64,000 nt of DNA from the human T2T-CHM13v2.0 reference genome, Homo sapiens: NCBI RefSeq assembly GCF_009914755.1, contig NC_060927.1; one strand, given 5' to 3'. Positions 1 through 12,386 of this stretch are shown here, in pieces. A model generated the notes under the pieces. That model did no database searches. It saw only the letters and a program-made list of their open reading frames with translations, and was not told the DNA's origin. The position numbers and the translations under genes are program-made. How positions within the stretch are numbered: position 1 is the stretch's first letter; each line of letters starts with the position of its first letter.

Positions 1-599
1 CTGTAGGATGAATCTTCAGTAACTTCATCTGTCTAACTCCTCTCTATCTCTATCTCTTAGAGCCACATGGGCCTATTCTGCTTTCAGTGGGTTAATTACC
101 AAGGAAACATTTTTCCTCTGTGGTCTAGACATAGAAATATCCAGATATTGTTTCCCTTGAAAGGCAGCCATCCTGCTGAATGTACTTGATCACCAATTCT
201 TATGTTTGCCTAAGGCCAAATGGGGCTAAACACAATTTCTAAAGACTGCCCCCTGCCCCCTTTTTAACCAATTCACAGCTTGTTTGTTTTTTATTGAGGA
301 TGCTGCCAGACAAATGGAGGGAAGGAGAAGAAAACCCCTTAATTTTTAAGGTAGGGAAACTAGAGAACGATGAATTTGCTATTGCCAAGAGGAAGCAATC
401 CTTGGACCTAATAAATAAGTGTGGAAAAAAAGGTTACTCAATATTATATAACTTCAGAAGTATGAGTACACAATGGAGATTTTAAGAAAAAATACGATTT
501 TCTTAACTGAAACATGAAGGTGTATGTGAGAGTGTATAATTACAGCTATGCAGAAAGTGAAAGAAAGACAAAAATCTCAACCTTTGAAAAAAAAGGCTT

Positions 600-740
600 A
601 ATCTTGACCTTGCTATCTATATACCTATGACCTTGGATAAGTCACTTGACTTATTTGAAGCTTCGTTTCTTCTATGTAAACCAAAGGATTTAGATAAGTT
701 TACATCCAAGGTGTCTCTCCATCTCTAAAATTCTTTGACC
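600..740 (+). mobile_element. MIR/MIR3 SINE fragment
   Basis: Degenerate MIR core 'tgaccttggataagtcacttgac...tttcttctatgtaaa' and MIR3-like tail 'ctctaaaattctttga'. Confidence 0.6.
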
Positions 741-1341
741 TCCCATGTTTCTCTGCCAAGAATATTCTACCTGGAAGTAGCTCTATTTCTCTTAAGTTCT
801 CTCCCCACTTCCTCACACCCTCTATATTCTTAGATAGAAACTATCCTCTTACTTCTGTGGGAGTTACATAATAAGTGGGAAGTGAAGACAGCTGAGCCTG
901 CTCTGAAAACATGATAAATAGCCCCAGTGTCCTGAATGTGCCTTCCCTGTGGAGGCCAAGGGACTCCATACAGACTCGGGAAGGATTATCTGGTACTCCA
1001 GCCGAGTGCAGACTGGCACAGAGGCCAGGCACATGTAGGCCACATGAGGTTACTCTGAGGCTTCTCCTTTCTGGGAGAACTTGGACTTCCCTTCTTCCAT
1101 CACAGGCTCAGATTCCTGAGTCCCGGAGGCCCATGGCGCAGCCACAATGATCAGTGTTGCCAGGAACAGTGGTAAGTAGCAAGAGCAGAACCCTGACTGT
1201 GTCCGGACTCACTCCAACTCTTAATGATTCAGGCAACTCACTTGGCCACCAGCTCTGTTCTCTCCCAACTTTGCTTAAATAGCCAAGTCTGTGATGGCTG
1301 GTGCCCAGTAGTGACATTTCCATTTCAGGCTAGGGAATGTA

Positions 1342-1370
1342 AAAATAATAATAATAATAATAATAATATA
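1342..1370. repeat. (AAT)n microsatellite
   Basis: aaaaataataataataataataataatata. Confidence 0.9.
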
Positions 1371-1431
1371 AAAGAGTTAATATGATCAATGTTCTTGAAA
1401 ATTGCTTTTTTTTTCTTTCAGTACCAAAACA

Positions 1432-1762
1432 CCATTAAAGTGACTAGAGGAACTGATCACTTTTAGTCACACTGTGACTCAAGGGACATACTACCTAAAT
1501 GCCCAGCTGACAGGAGGCCAAACTCTGCTCAGCTATTGGTGAGCCACGTGGGAATAACAAAGGCCAAATTGGCAAATGATAGGAACATTGCCTCTCACAA
1601 GCCAAATCCTCAACAGAGGAGCTCGGCACCCTTCATGGAGTTACTGAGACTGGGCCTCTCATTTCTTTCTGAAACGCCTGTTCCAACAGTATTAGACACA
1701 CTCTGGAAGCAGCTACACATTTCTGAATGATGAGTTCTGAAGTAAAGACTTGTCAGTGGTAT
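1432..1762 (+). repeat. Copy 1 of a diverged ~330 bp direct duplication (copy 2 at 2145-2463)
   Basis: Colinear shared blocks ccattaaagtg, cacttttagtcac, tgagccac, aaatgatag, ttgcctctcaca, catggagtta, plus a 61/63 identical core at 1678-1740. Confidence 0.9.
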
Positions 1763-2144
1763 AGTAATGTGGATTTAAAAAATATATTTTATTTTGTGGT
1801 AGAATTGCCTGGCTCTTAAAAAGACACTGCAAAACTTAGTTTGACTGCAGATGAATTTAGCTATCAAGGGTTTCTGTCTTATTCATTGTTAGGAAAACAC
1901 AACCAACCCTCCACTTGTTTTTTCTTCTCACTGCACATTAGATGTCATATGAAAACATATCAAAATAGCAAGTTCAGCCTCAGGGACAGATTTGTAATGC
2001 AAGACTCCTCACATGAGTGTACTTTTGTCAAACACCTGTGGGTATATTGTCCAGTTCTATCTTCCCATCAAAAAACAACCAGCAAAAAAAGAAGATGACT
2101 TTCAAGATCTAAACATACTTTAACTCTATCCCACTGGGCAAATG

Positions 2145-2463
2145 CCATTAAAGTGGTTGAAAGGACTGACCACTTTTAGTCACTCTATAACTGTGCATCC
2201 TAAGGGATGCCTTCACCAACTCAAGCTGCTCAGATACTGCTGAGCCACACAGGAATAATGAGGGTGGAATCGCAAAATGATAGAAACGTTGCCTCTCACA
2301 GGCCAAACCTCTCACCAGAGGCTCATAGAGCCCTCCATGGAGTTAACCCCATTGAGCCTCTTGTTTCATTCTGAAATGTCTGTTCCAATAGTATTAGACA
2401 CACTCTGGAAGCAGCTACACATTTCTCAATGATGAGTTCTGAGGAAAATATTTGTCCACGGTA
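2145..2463 (+). repeat. Copy 2 of a diverged ~330 bp direct duplication (copy 1 at 1432-1762)
   Basis: Same blocks as copy 1; core at 2380-2442. Confidence 0.9.
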
Positions 2464-3720
2464 TGCAGCTGTACAGTGTTTCACTTTGTGATGATACCAC
2501 AATTCATTAATCCATTCTACCCTTGACAGGCACTCAAGCAATTTTCAGTTTTGTACTTTTATAAATAGTCCTTCTAAGATCAACCAGGACATGTCTTTTG
2601 ATAAAGCTATGCTGACATTTATGTTGAGTTATATACCTAGGCATCATATTGCTTGGAAGATATTGCCAAACTGTTTGCCAATGTAGTTGTACCAATTTAG
2701 ACTTCTACCAGCAGTGACTCACAGCCAACAATTTCTATGGCTTCACATCCTTACTAACACTCAGGATTCTCCGCCCTTTCTGTTTTAGCTATTCTAGTGA
2801 ATGTACAGTATTGTTGTATAGTGGGGTTTTTTTGTTTGTATTTTCCTGATAACTAATGAGATTGAATATTCTCTATTAAACTGTCTACTTCAGTCTTGTT
2901 TATTTCTCTACTGGTTATATGCCTTTTTCTTATTGATTTTTAGTTATTTATGTATTCTGGATACATGTACCTTGAGGTTCTTAAAGCAGTTATTAATTTT
3001 GATATAAACTGAATTATCATTATTTTTGTTTTAGAAATAGTTCTTTTGGTGTCCCATTTTAAAGTCTTTACCTGCTCCAAGATCATAAAGATGATCATCA
3101 AGCTTCTCCTCTAAAAGCTTTATTGTTTTGCCTTTTACATTTAAATCTATAATCCATCTGAATTTGACTATTTTCTATTTAGTAGGACTAAGCATCATTT
3201 ATTGAAAAGACTATTATCTCTTTGCTGCGCTGCATTGCAACTTCTACTGTTTGTCACAAATCCAGTGACTATGTTAGTCTGGCTCTGGACTCTCTCTTCT
3301 TTGGACATCTTCTGTCCTGATGGTCAGTTTTTCTGTCCTACAAACACCACACTGTCTTGACTACTATAATTTTATAATAAATTTTGATGTCGATCTTGAC
3401 TACTGTAATTTTATAATAAATTTTGATAGCTGGTCAAAAAAGCCCTCTAGCTATGTTCTTCTCCAAGAATACCTTGGATATCCTTGGCCTTTTGCAGTTC
3501 CAATTTTCATTAATAAAAAGTATGCTGGTTTTAAAAATTAGAATTACACTAAATACATAGACTAATTTAGCAGAATTAATATTTTAACAGCATTGAGTCT
3601 TCCATCTATGAACATGGAATATCTCACCATGTGTTTAGATCCTCTTTCACTTTTCTCAATAATGTTTTGTAATTTGACTGTAGAGGTGTTTGCACATGTT
3701 TCATTGCATTAGTTCCTATG

Positions 3721-4176
3721 TGCTATGATTTCAGTCTTGTTTGTCCCCACCAAAACTCATGTTGAGGTTTGATCCCCAATGTGGCAGTATTGGGAGATGG
3801 GGCCTAGTGGGAGAAGTGTTGGGTCATGGCAGCAGATTCCTCATGAATGGCCTGGTACCTTTCTCATGGTAATAAGTTCTTGCTTTACTGAGACTAGATT
3901 CATTCCTCAGGAATGAATTTGTTTCTGCAAGAAGGGGTTGCAATAAAGCAAGGTTCCTCCTCACTGTTGGTATCTCTTCCCATGTGTTTACTTCCCCTTT
4001 GACCCTGTCTGCCATAGTTTGACTTAGCATGTGGCCCTCAGCAGAAGCTGAGCAGATGCCAGTGCTATGCTTCCCATACTTGCCAGCTGGCATAACTATA
4101 GCTAAATAAATTCTTGTCTTTATAATTTACCCAGTTTCAAGTATTCTGTTATAGCAACACAAAATGGACTAACATA
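3721..4176 (+). mobile_element. MaLR solo LTR, MST family (MSTB/MSTC-like)
   Basis: Starts tgctatg...gtccccaccaaaactcatgttga, ends acccagtttcaagtattctgttatagcaacacaaaatggactaacata; imperfect 5 bp TSD ctatg/ctagg. Confidence 0.88.
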
Positions 4177-5458
4177 CTAGGGATGTGATTTTTGATACTT
4201 TGGTAAGTGATAATGTTTAAAATTTATTTTTTTCAAGTGTTTCTGACTTATTAAATTATACAGATTATTAGATTATTAGATTATTAGAAAGACTTACTAA
4301 ATTATGCAGATTAACCTTGTATTCAGTGATGTTGCTAAATCTACTTATGAATTCTTATTCTTTTCCTATACTCAGTTAATGTAATGAAGTACATTGAGTA
4401 ATTTCTGATGTTAAACTACTTTTGCATACTTGAAATAAACTCTTCTTAATGGTGATGTATCATCATTTTTTATGTATTGCTCACACGAGTTTGTTAATGT
4501 TTTCTTGAGAATTTTGCATCAATGTTCATCAGAAAACTTGGTATATAATGTCCCTTTGTTATTCTGCCTTTGTCAATTTTATAATCCATATTATGGTGCC
4601 TCTTTAAAAGGATTAGAAAGTGTTTCTTCTTTTTCTTTCCTCCGGAAGAATTTGTACAACATTGCTGTTATGTCTTTCTTAAATGTTTGAAAGAATTTGA
4701 ACATGAAAAAGTTTTGATTAAGAATCCAATTTTTTAAACACATATATCTGATTGTTTACATTTTCTATTTCTTCTTATGGCAAAATTAGTAAGTTGTTGA
4801 GTTTTTTGAGTCATGAATCCATTTCATCCAAATCAGTAATTTTATTGGAGAAAGTGTTCATAATATTATCTGACTGAATGTATTGTGATCTGTGTACTTT
4901 CAATTCTGAAAACTTATGGATTCTTTATTTTTTCTTGATCAATCCTATTAAAACTTTATCAACTTTAAGTCTCAAGCCTCAATGTTGTTAATTTTTCTCC
5001 TTTTCATTGTTTATTTCTGTTTTTTTATTTATTTTCTTAGGTTTTCTTTAGTTTTGATGTGCTTTTTACTATGTAGCTTCTTGAGTTGTAAGTTTAAATA
5101 ATTGATTTTCAGTCTTTCTTCTTGTCTAATATATGCAGCATATTCTCTGACCACAACAGCATTAAGCTAGAAATTAGAAAACATTTTGAACTAAAATAAA
5201 ATAGAAACATGCCAAATCAGAATTGTAGTGCTGCAGTTTCTCTCTAAGTACTACATTACCTGCAGCAATATAATAATATGTTTCCACTGTAATTCTGGTT
5301 TTTTCATATATAATATATACTATACGCAAATATATATGACATTACAATTCTTGTTTCATACATACAGCCACTAGTCATTTGTATTTATCCACATAATTAC
5401 TCTCCTGAAGTTTGAAATTTTCTCCTATATTTTCATGTTGCATCTGGAATCATTTTTC

Positions 5459-6422
5459 TTTTTTTTCTTTTTCTTTTTATTTATTTATTTTTATTATATT
5501 TTAATTTCTGGGGTACATGTGCAGAACGTGCAGGTTTCTTATATAGGTATACACATGCCATGGTGGTTTGCTGCACCCATTAACCCGTCATCTACATTAG
5601 GTATTTCTCCTAATGCTATCCCTCCTCTAGTACCCCACCCCCAAATAGGCCCCGGTGTGTGATGTTCCCCTCCCTTTGTCCATGTGTTCTCATTGATCAA
5701 CTCGCACTTATGAGTGAGAGCATGCAATATTTGGTTTTCTGTTCCTGTGTTAGTTTGCTGAGAATGATAGTTGCCAGCTTCACCCATGTCCCTACAAAGG
5801 ACATGAACTCATCCTTTTTTATGGCTTCATAGTAGTCCATGGTGTATATGTGCCACATTTTCTTTATCCAGTCTATCATTGATGGGCATTTGGGTTGGTT
5901 CCAAGTCTTTGCTATTGTGAATAGTGCAGCAATAAATATACAGGTGTGTGTCTTTATAGTAGAATGATTTATAATCCTTTGGGTATATACACAGTAATGG
6001 GATTGCTGGGTCAAATGGTATTTCTGGTTCTAGATCCTTGAGGAATAGCCACACTGTCTTCCACAATGGTTGAACTAATTTAAACTCCCACCAACAGTGT
6101 AAAAGCATTACTATTTCTTGACATCCTCTCCAGCATCTGTTGTTTCCTGACTTTTTAATGATTGCCATTCTAACTGGTGTGAGATGGTATCTCATTGTGG
6201 TTTTGATTTGCATTTTTCTAACTACCAGTGACGATGAGCATTTTTTCACATTTTTGTTGACCACATACATGTCTTCTTTTGAGAAGTGTCTGTTCATATC
6301 CTTCACTCACTTTTTGATGGTTTTTTTTTCTTGTAAATTTATTTAAGTTCCTTGTAGATTCTGGATATTAGCCTTTTGTCCGATGGATAGATTGCAAAAA
6401 TTTTCTCCCATTTTGTAGGTTG
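5459..6422 (-). mobile_element. 5'-truncated L1PA (L1PA7/8-like): 3' UTR plus ORF2 C-terminus
   Basis: Poly(T) at left; 3' UTR 'gggtacatgtgcagaacgtgcagg'; ORF 5827-6306 gives ORF2 peptide '[31 protein letters not shown]'; perfect 16 bp TSD tctggaatcatttttc at 5443-5458 and 6423-6438. Confidence 0.95.
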
Positions 6423-9399
6423 TCTGGAATCATTTTTCAGCTTGAGAGTAGTTCATTTAATTTTACAAAGGTGGGCCTACTAGTGACAAATTCTTTATTT
6501 TTTATTTGACTAAAACTATCTTTATCTTCATTTTTTGAAGGATATAAAAATATTGTGTGTGAAATTATAGGTTGGCAGTTATTTTAACATTTTTAAGATG
6601 TCATTTTATTGTTTTCTAGTTTCCATCATTTTGGTTAAGAAGTTAGATTTCAGTCTTAGTGTTTCTCTTTTTAAGTCAACAACTGTAAGCTTTTCTCTTT
6701 ATATTTGGTTTTCAGAAGATTCTTTGATATACTGTGGTGTAGTTTGCTTTGTTTATCTTCAAATTGTGGTTCTCAAAGCTTTTTGAATCTCTCAGTTGTT
6801 ATCTTTCATCAGTTTGGAAAATATAAATAGTGATTCCACCCATTTTCTCTTTTTACTTCTGTGATACCTATTATATGTATGTTAGACCTTTGGATCATCC
6901 TATACATCTCTATTCATTTTTTCTTTTAATTTTTTCCTAATCTTAATTTTATGTGTTTTTATTGACTTATATTTTAATTCACTTGTCCTGTATACTTCTG
7001 TTTCTAATCTACTGTTAAATCCATCTATTGAGTTCTTAATTGCGGAGATTGTATTTTTCAATTGTATATTATCTATTTCTTTTTATTTAACAGAATATAA
7101 TTCTCTGGAGAAAATCTCCATACTTTCACCTATTCTTTTTATCTTTTTTCTAATTTATTTAATATATTAATTATTGTTATTACAAAGGCTTTGACTGGTA
7201 ACTCTGATATCTGGATCATTTATTAGTCTGCTACTATTTCTATCTTTTTCTTCTTCATTACTAATAAAAATTTTCCTGTCTTTTGGCATGTATAGTAATA
7301 TTTTATTGTATGTCAGACATTAAGCATAAAAGAAATAAAGAGATTCCAAATAATGTGATGTTTCACCAGACAGTGTTTCCCCTTTCTTCTGTTATGTCAC
7401 TCAGTTAAGCAGCTGACCATTTTGCAGAGTCAGGAATTGATATAGGTTAGAGCTGGACTATAGATTGTATAAGTCCCAGTATACATCTGTTTCAGTCATC
7501 TTCTTGAAAATGACCATCTCAAGCTTTTAATTAAGAGCCTAATTGGTTTCTTTCTCTGCAGTTCTGAAAGACTTCAGAATTTCCAGCTCTATCGTTCATA
7601 AGTTTCCAGCCCAGTTCTTTAGCCTGTCAATTCAGGCATCTTAATAGTCTAGCACATGTCTTATTTAGAGACTAATTGAGTGCCTAAGGTACTCCTCCAG
7701 TATGTCTTTTTGAAGCTTTTAGATGACTTTCTCAACCTCCAGTGTGGCTGCAGATGTCCATAATTTTGCCAAGGTCATATGGGGTAAATTAGCATTTGAA
7801 GAAGCCCCTAAAATTTCCAGTTTCCCTCACCGGCCTCCTACAATGGCTAAAACAAACAAACCAACAAAAACTTTGCTGGTTTCTCTTTCTCCCTGGAAGT
7901 GGCTCAATGCCTAAACCAAGCCCAATCTGTAGGCTGTGCCTTTAATTAATTACATTTTCCAAAGGACAAAATATCCAGGATTCAGCAAATATCCACAGGA
8001 AACATTTCTCCTCACCTTGGAAGTGTTATCACCCATCTTAGAGCCTTCATCTGTTTTCCCCATGGCTGGCAGGGAGGAGGGGAGCACAAGGAACACCATT
8101 AGTGAACTGACTAGCTAAGTATTTTTCCAATCTATTATGTAAACCAGAATTCCAGCCCTTAGAATTTTAAGTGCTAAGAATTAACCATTTTGCACTTTAG
8201 CTGTGGCCAAGAGACCAACATTTAATATGAACACGGTAAGGGTGAAGTAAACAAAAGCCTTACAGAGATAAGAAAAAGTCAGGTTAAGCTTATGTCATCA
8301 TCGTACAGCATTTTGATCTGCTTCGGCCTATATTCAACTAAACTTTACTTTCAAGTGTTCTTTCTCTACTCACTAAATCAGATTTTGCTTTTTATATACC
8401 ATTCCATAGAACCAGGTATAATGTCCTAGTGATGTCAGAATCCAAGGACAATCATTTGATGTTTTGCTCAGAAAATATTACCCATCTTATTGGTCTTATC
8501 CATTTTTAATTTAAAAATAGAGTGCATGTTACTATCGTAGTCATACAGATAATCAAGATATTTGGTTGCATACTCAAATAAAATATCCCAGTAGTATAGT
8601 TTATATTCAATTTAAATTTACTATAAGCATTTTCTAATCTATGAGTCTGATATAAATGTGTAAATGTTACACTTACAGAAAAGAGAGCATGTATTACTGA
8701 GTTTTCTTTTAAGGCATCCAGCTACAATGACCAAAATGTTTCCAGCTTGCAAGTGTATCTGAATCATGGTCATTAGTTTATGCTTACTTTTTTCCAAAGG
8801 TCTTTATTGTCACAACATGCAACAAAGTTGAACTCACTGTGAAAAATTAAGACCATAGAACTATTACTTTTGGTTATTCGACTATCAAAAATTAGCTTGT
8901 TAAGCACTTAGGGTTGTTGGCACCACTGAGATGGCATGGGAAAGAGAAAGAAATTGCATGCCAGCTTTATTTGTTTGAAAGCTTTTAGCACTGAGTTACA
9001 CAATGGAAAAATCTCAAGAACATTCCCTGTGTCTGTGTTTGTAATGATTACACTAAAGTCAAGCACAACTCCAATAAACGAATCACACTCAAATGCTTTG
9101 GAGTTAAAATACTGGGTATGTAGATTAGGTTCCCTAAAAGAGACCAATGTTTTTTATGAAATTACTCCAAAGGAGATCAGGACAGGATATTTCCTGCTTT
9201 ATGAAGGTAATATTGCTAATGTTGTTGAGACAAAGTAAAAGGTTATTTTAGATATCAACACATAGATTAATATAGTAATTCACAAATTTATAAACTTGAA
9301 AGTAAACAGTATTTTTCCCACTTGTGGGTAATGTGTGCATTTTTACTAAGTAACAATGTTAGTATTCTTTCTAAAATCTGCCTATTTAAAGTCCACTTA

Positions 9400-9900
9400 G
9401 AACACCCCATAAACTCCTTGGCTATTGCCCATAAAGACCACCATGGTCAGACTCTTGCCTATCTGTGTAATCTCATCTTGTCACAAATATCCTCTGTATG
9501 AGCTACTTTTAATCAGGTGAGGTTCAAGATGCATGAGGCTATTTCTCATCGTTGTGCTTTAGCACAAGCTGTTTTCTCTACACAGAAGTTCTTACCCTAC
9601 CTTTCACACATAGTAAACTCAACTCAAATGCCACCTTTTCTGTGAATCCCTTCCTGACCTCCCTAAACACAGTTACTTTCTTTTTCTTGGTCCTGTAACA
9701 TCCTATTTATACATATATTACAGCCTCTACCTCATCACCATCTCTAGCTTCTGCATCCTTCTAGGGCAGGGAAATACACTAAGCACATTGATATCCCTAA
9801 GAGCAGCACTCCACGTGACACGAAGCAGCTCTATGGTTAATAAATGTACAAAGAACTAAGAGAGGAAGGGAGAGAAAGGAGGAAGGAAAGAAAGGAAGAC
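9400..9900 (+). mobile_element. L2 LINE 3' fragment
   Basis: 'ctcaaatgccaccttttctgtgaatcccttcctgacc' L2 motif, followed by aataaatg and a GGAA-rich tail. Confidence 0.6.
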
Positions 9901-10355
9901 TTAAAGCTTTTAAAACGACCAAAAATATTTCCAAACCTAAATTTACAGTTGCTAAGCTCACAATAATATTTACTGAATGAGAAAAGAGCTCCTGAATACT
10001 GAAAATGTGTGATATAATAAAGGGAGGTGGTTGCACATAATGTATAGGCTTCTAATGTTATAACATCAGGCATAAAGATATAACAATTTACATTTTAGTC
10101 TCTCTGTTTTATCTTTTGCCTTCCTTCAGGGAGACTTCATTTTCTGTGTTCAGGAAGTTTGTTTTCTGTTCTGTTATTTTATCACTCACTGAGTTTCTTA
10201 GGGTCTTTTTCTCTGTTTGATGATGGCAGTTGATATGGGTTCTGGGTGCTATGGTACGAAATAATTCTGTAAAGTATCATAAAATATCATTTTATTAGTA
10301 TTACATTTTGTACTTTTAAAATTAGAGTTGCTGACTTACATAAAAATGAAATGGA

Positions 10356-10743
<388 letters not shown>

Positions 10744-10799
10744 TCAGAATAATGTATTCTTCCTTTCTGTGATGGTTACATAGTGATTATGAGTCACAA

Positions 10800-10970
10800 G
10801 GTATTTTGCATGTAATATCCATTTGATTTTTTATCTTTCATATGGGGACACTAAGGCTCCTAGAGGACAAACAATGGACACATAATCAGTCATGCAGTAA
10901 ACTGCAAAGTTAGAGGCTAAAGCTGGTCTTCTGACTTCAACCCCTGTCTTATTTTTTACTATACTAGGGT
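10800..10970 (-). mobile_element. MIR fragment
   Basis: 'atggggacactaaggctc...ggtcttctgacttcaac' resembles antisense MIR. Confidence 0.55.
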
Positions 10971-11268
10971 GCCTTCTTGTACTTAACTCATTCCCTGGCC
11001 CCTTCTATGCATGATCCCATAGATGATACTCTATAGCCAATGGCTTAGATATGGTGGCATACTCCTAGCTAACTACTCACCTGCTCCTTTAAGCTTTGCT
11101 GCTACACTGAAGCTAATTTCCATGTCTATGGAGAGGACAATTTACCAGAAGTATGGGTGTAAGACTAGCTGCCTCTAGCTGTCTTTGTAAGACATAGGGA
11201 CTTGACAGATAAACTCTTAATTAAATACACGTAAGAATTTAGTGGGGTTCACATGAATTAAAGTTCAG

Positions 11269-11738
11269 TCTGGTAGTCATTAACATTGTTCACCAAAGTA
11301 CTTAGTTTTCTTTCTTAGAAATTGACAGGGCTACACTTCCCTGCTCCTTGAAGTTAGGTGTAACCATATAAATATCTTTGGCCAATGATATGTGAGCAGA
11401 AGTGATGTGTGTCACTTCTGAGAGGAAGCTTTATGAATCACTATGTCATCTGCTTTCTTCCTTTCTGCTCTGCATCATTTCCTCCCACCCTGACTTTCTT
11501 TCTTTTTTTTTTTTTTTTTTTTTTTTTGACTTGACATTATGGCAGTGTGGACATTTAGTTTCTCCTATCAGGGTTCTTGACAAAAGACAATGTAGAACAC
11601 ATCCTTCTTTCCCACCCTCCCACCCCCACAAGCCAACCCACCATGGACATGAGGTACTAGCAAATGTTTTAAACCTTTACAATTTTAGTTGTTGCTTTTT
11701 TCTAACCAAGCATTACTTAGACTATCTTAACTGGTACA
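11269..11738 (+). mobile_element. MLT1 (MLT1I/J-like) MaLR solo LTR with an internal poly(T)
   Basis: 'tggtagtcattaacattgttcacc...tttggccaatgatatgtgagcagaagtgatgtgtgtcacttc'; ends 'tatcttaactggtaca'. Confidence 0.8.
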
Positions 11739-11862
11739 CTTACCTTAATATATTATTTCAATCCAGTAGTAGTGCCCAATGGAATAGGTCAATGGAAACG
11801 TTTTTGAATCTATAAAATGTTAGTGCAGACTGCTCTTAATTAAGAATTCTCTTTAAGAATAT

Positions 11863-12386
11863 TGATGGAGTTTAGGACACACTACCCCAAAATGTGGCAC
11901 CATGGCATTTTGAGAAAACAGCTGAAGCTGGAATGTCTCTCTCACATACTCCTACCCTTTTCCCCTAAAGAAGGACATAAAAGAGTTCTTCAACCTTCCT
12001 CTAAAATAGAGGAAGTTTTCATGCACCTTATTTGAAAGGTGCCCAGCCAATACTTGGAAGATAGGAATGTTCTTATCTTTGAAGACACAGGATCACAAAG
12101 AAGATTATGAACAGGACTTGCTAAGTTCCCTGACCCCAGTTTATTACCATTAGGTGATAACCCCTCTGTTCAATCAGACTTCCCCATGACTATCCACTGT
12201 TCATCAAACCTAAGCATAAAAATACACAGGTTTCTAGGTTTCACTGGGTCTTCATTTGTGAAGGTTCCATGTCACATAAAACTTACATTAAATACATTTG
12301 TATACTTTTGTCTTGTTAATTTGTATTTTTTTCAGCCATTAACCTTGTGATGTGTGAAAAAAAGATGTTGCTTTTTCTTCCTTACA
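11863..12386 (+). mobile_element. ERV1-class solo LTR (MER93/MER34-like)
   Basis: TG...CA ends; 'ggacacactaccccaaaatgtggcacc', 'gaatgttcttatctttgaagacacagg', 'gtcacataaaacttacattaaatacatttgtat'. Confidence 0.75.

Larger units (their letters stand above)
2470..7990 (-). mobile_element. Old, heavily degraded L1M (L1ME/L1MD-like) LINE, antisense, interrupted by an MST LTR and an L1PA
   Basis: T-rich antisense L1 motifs in order 3' end, ORF2, ORF1-like: 'attgccaaactgtttgcc...tgtaccaatttagacttctaccagcagtg', 'catttattgaaaagact', 'ttgagtcttccatctatgaacatgg', 'ccatctattgagttcttaatt'. Boundaries approximate. Confidence 0.75.

Noticed and set aside
1684-1700. Minus-strand tgtctaatactgt resembles the miR-429 precursor 3' arm
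   Set aside because: Only about 13 nt match, with no 22 bp stem or 5' arm; best treated as a seed-site coincidence.
1727-1740. ATGATGA and CTGA (C- and D-box-like) in both duplicated cores; also considered a SECIS element
   Set aside because: The boxes are only 3 nt apart, not the 60-100 nt snoRNA layout; no SECIS stem with apical AA found.
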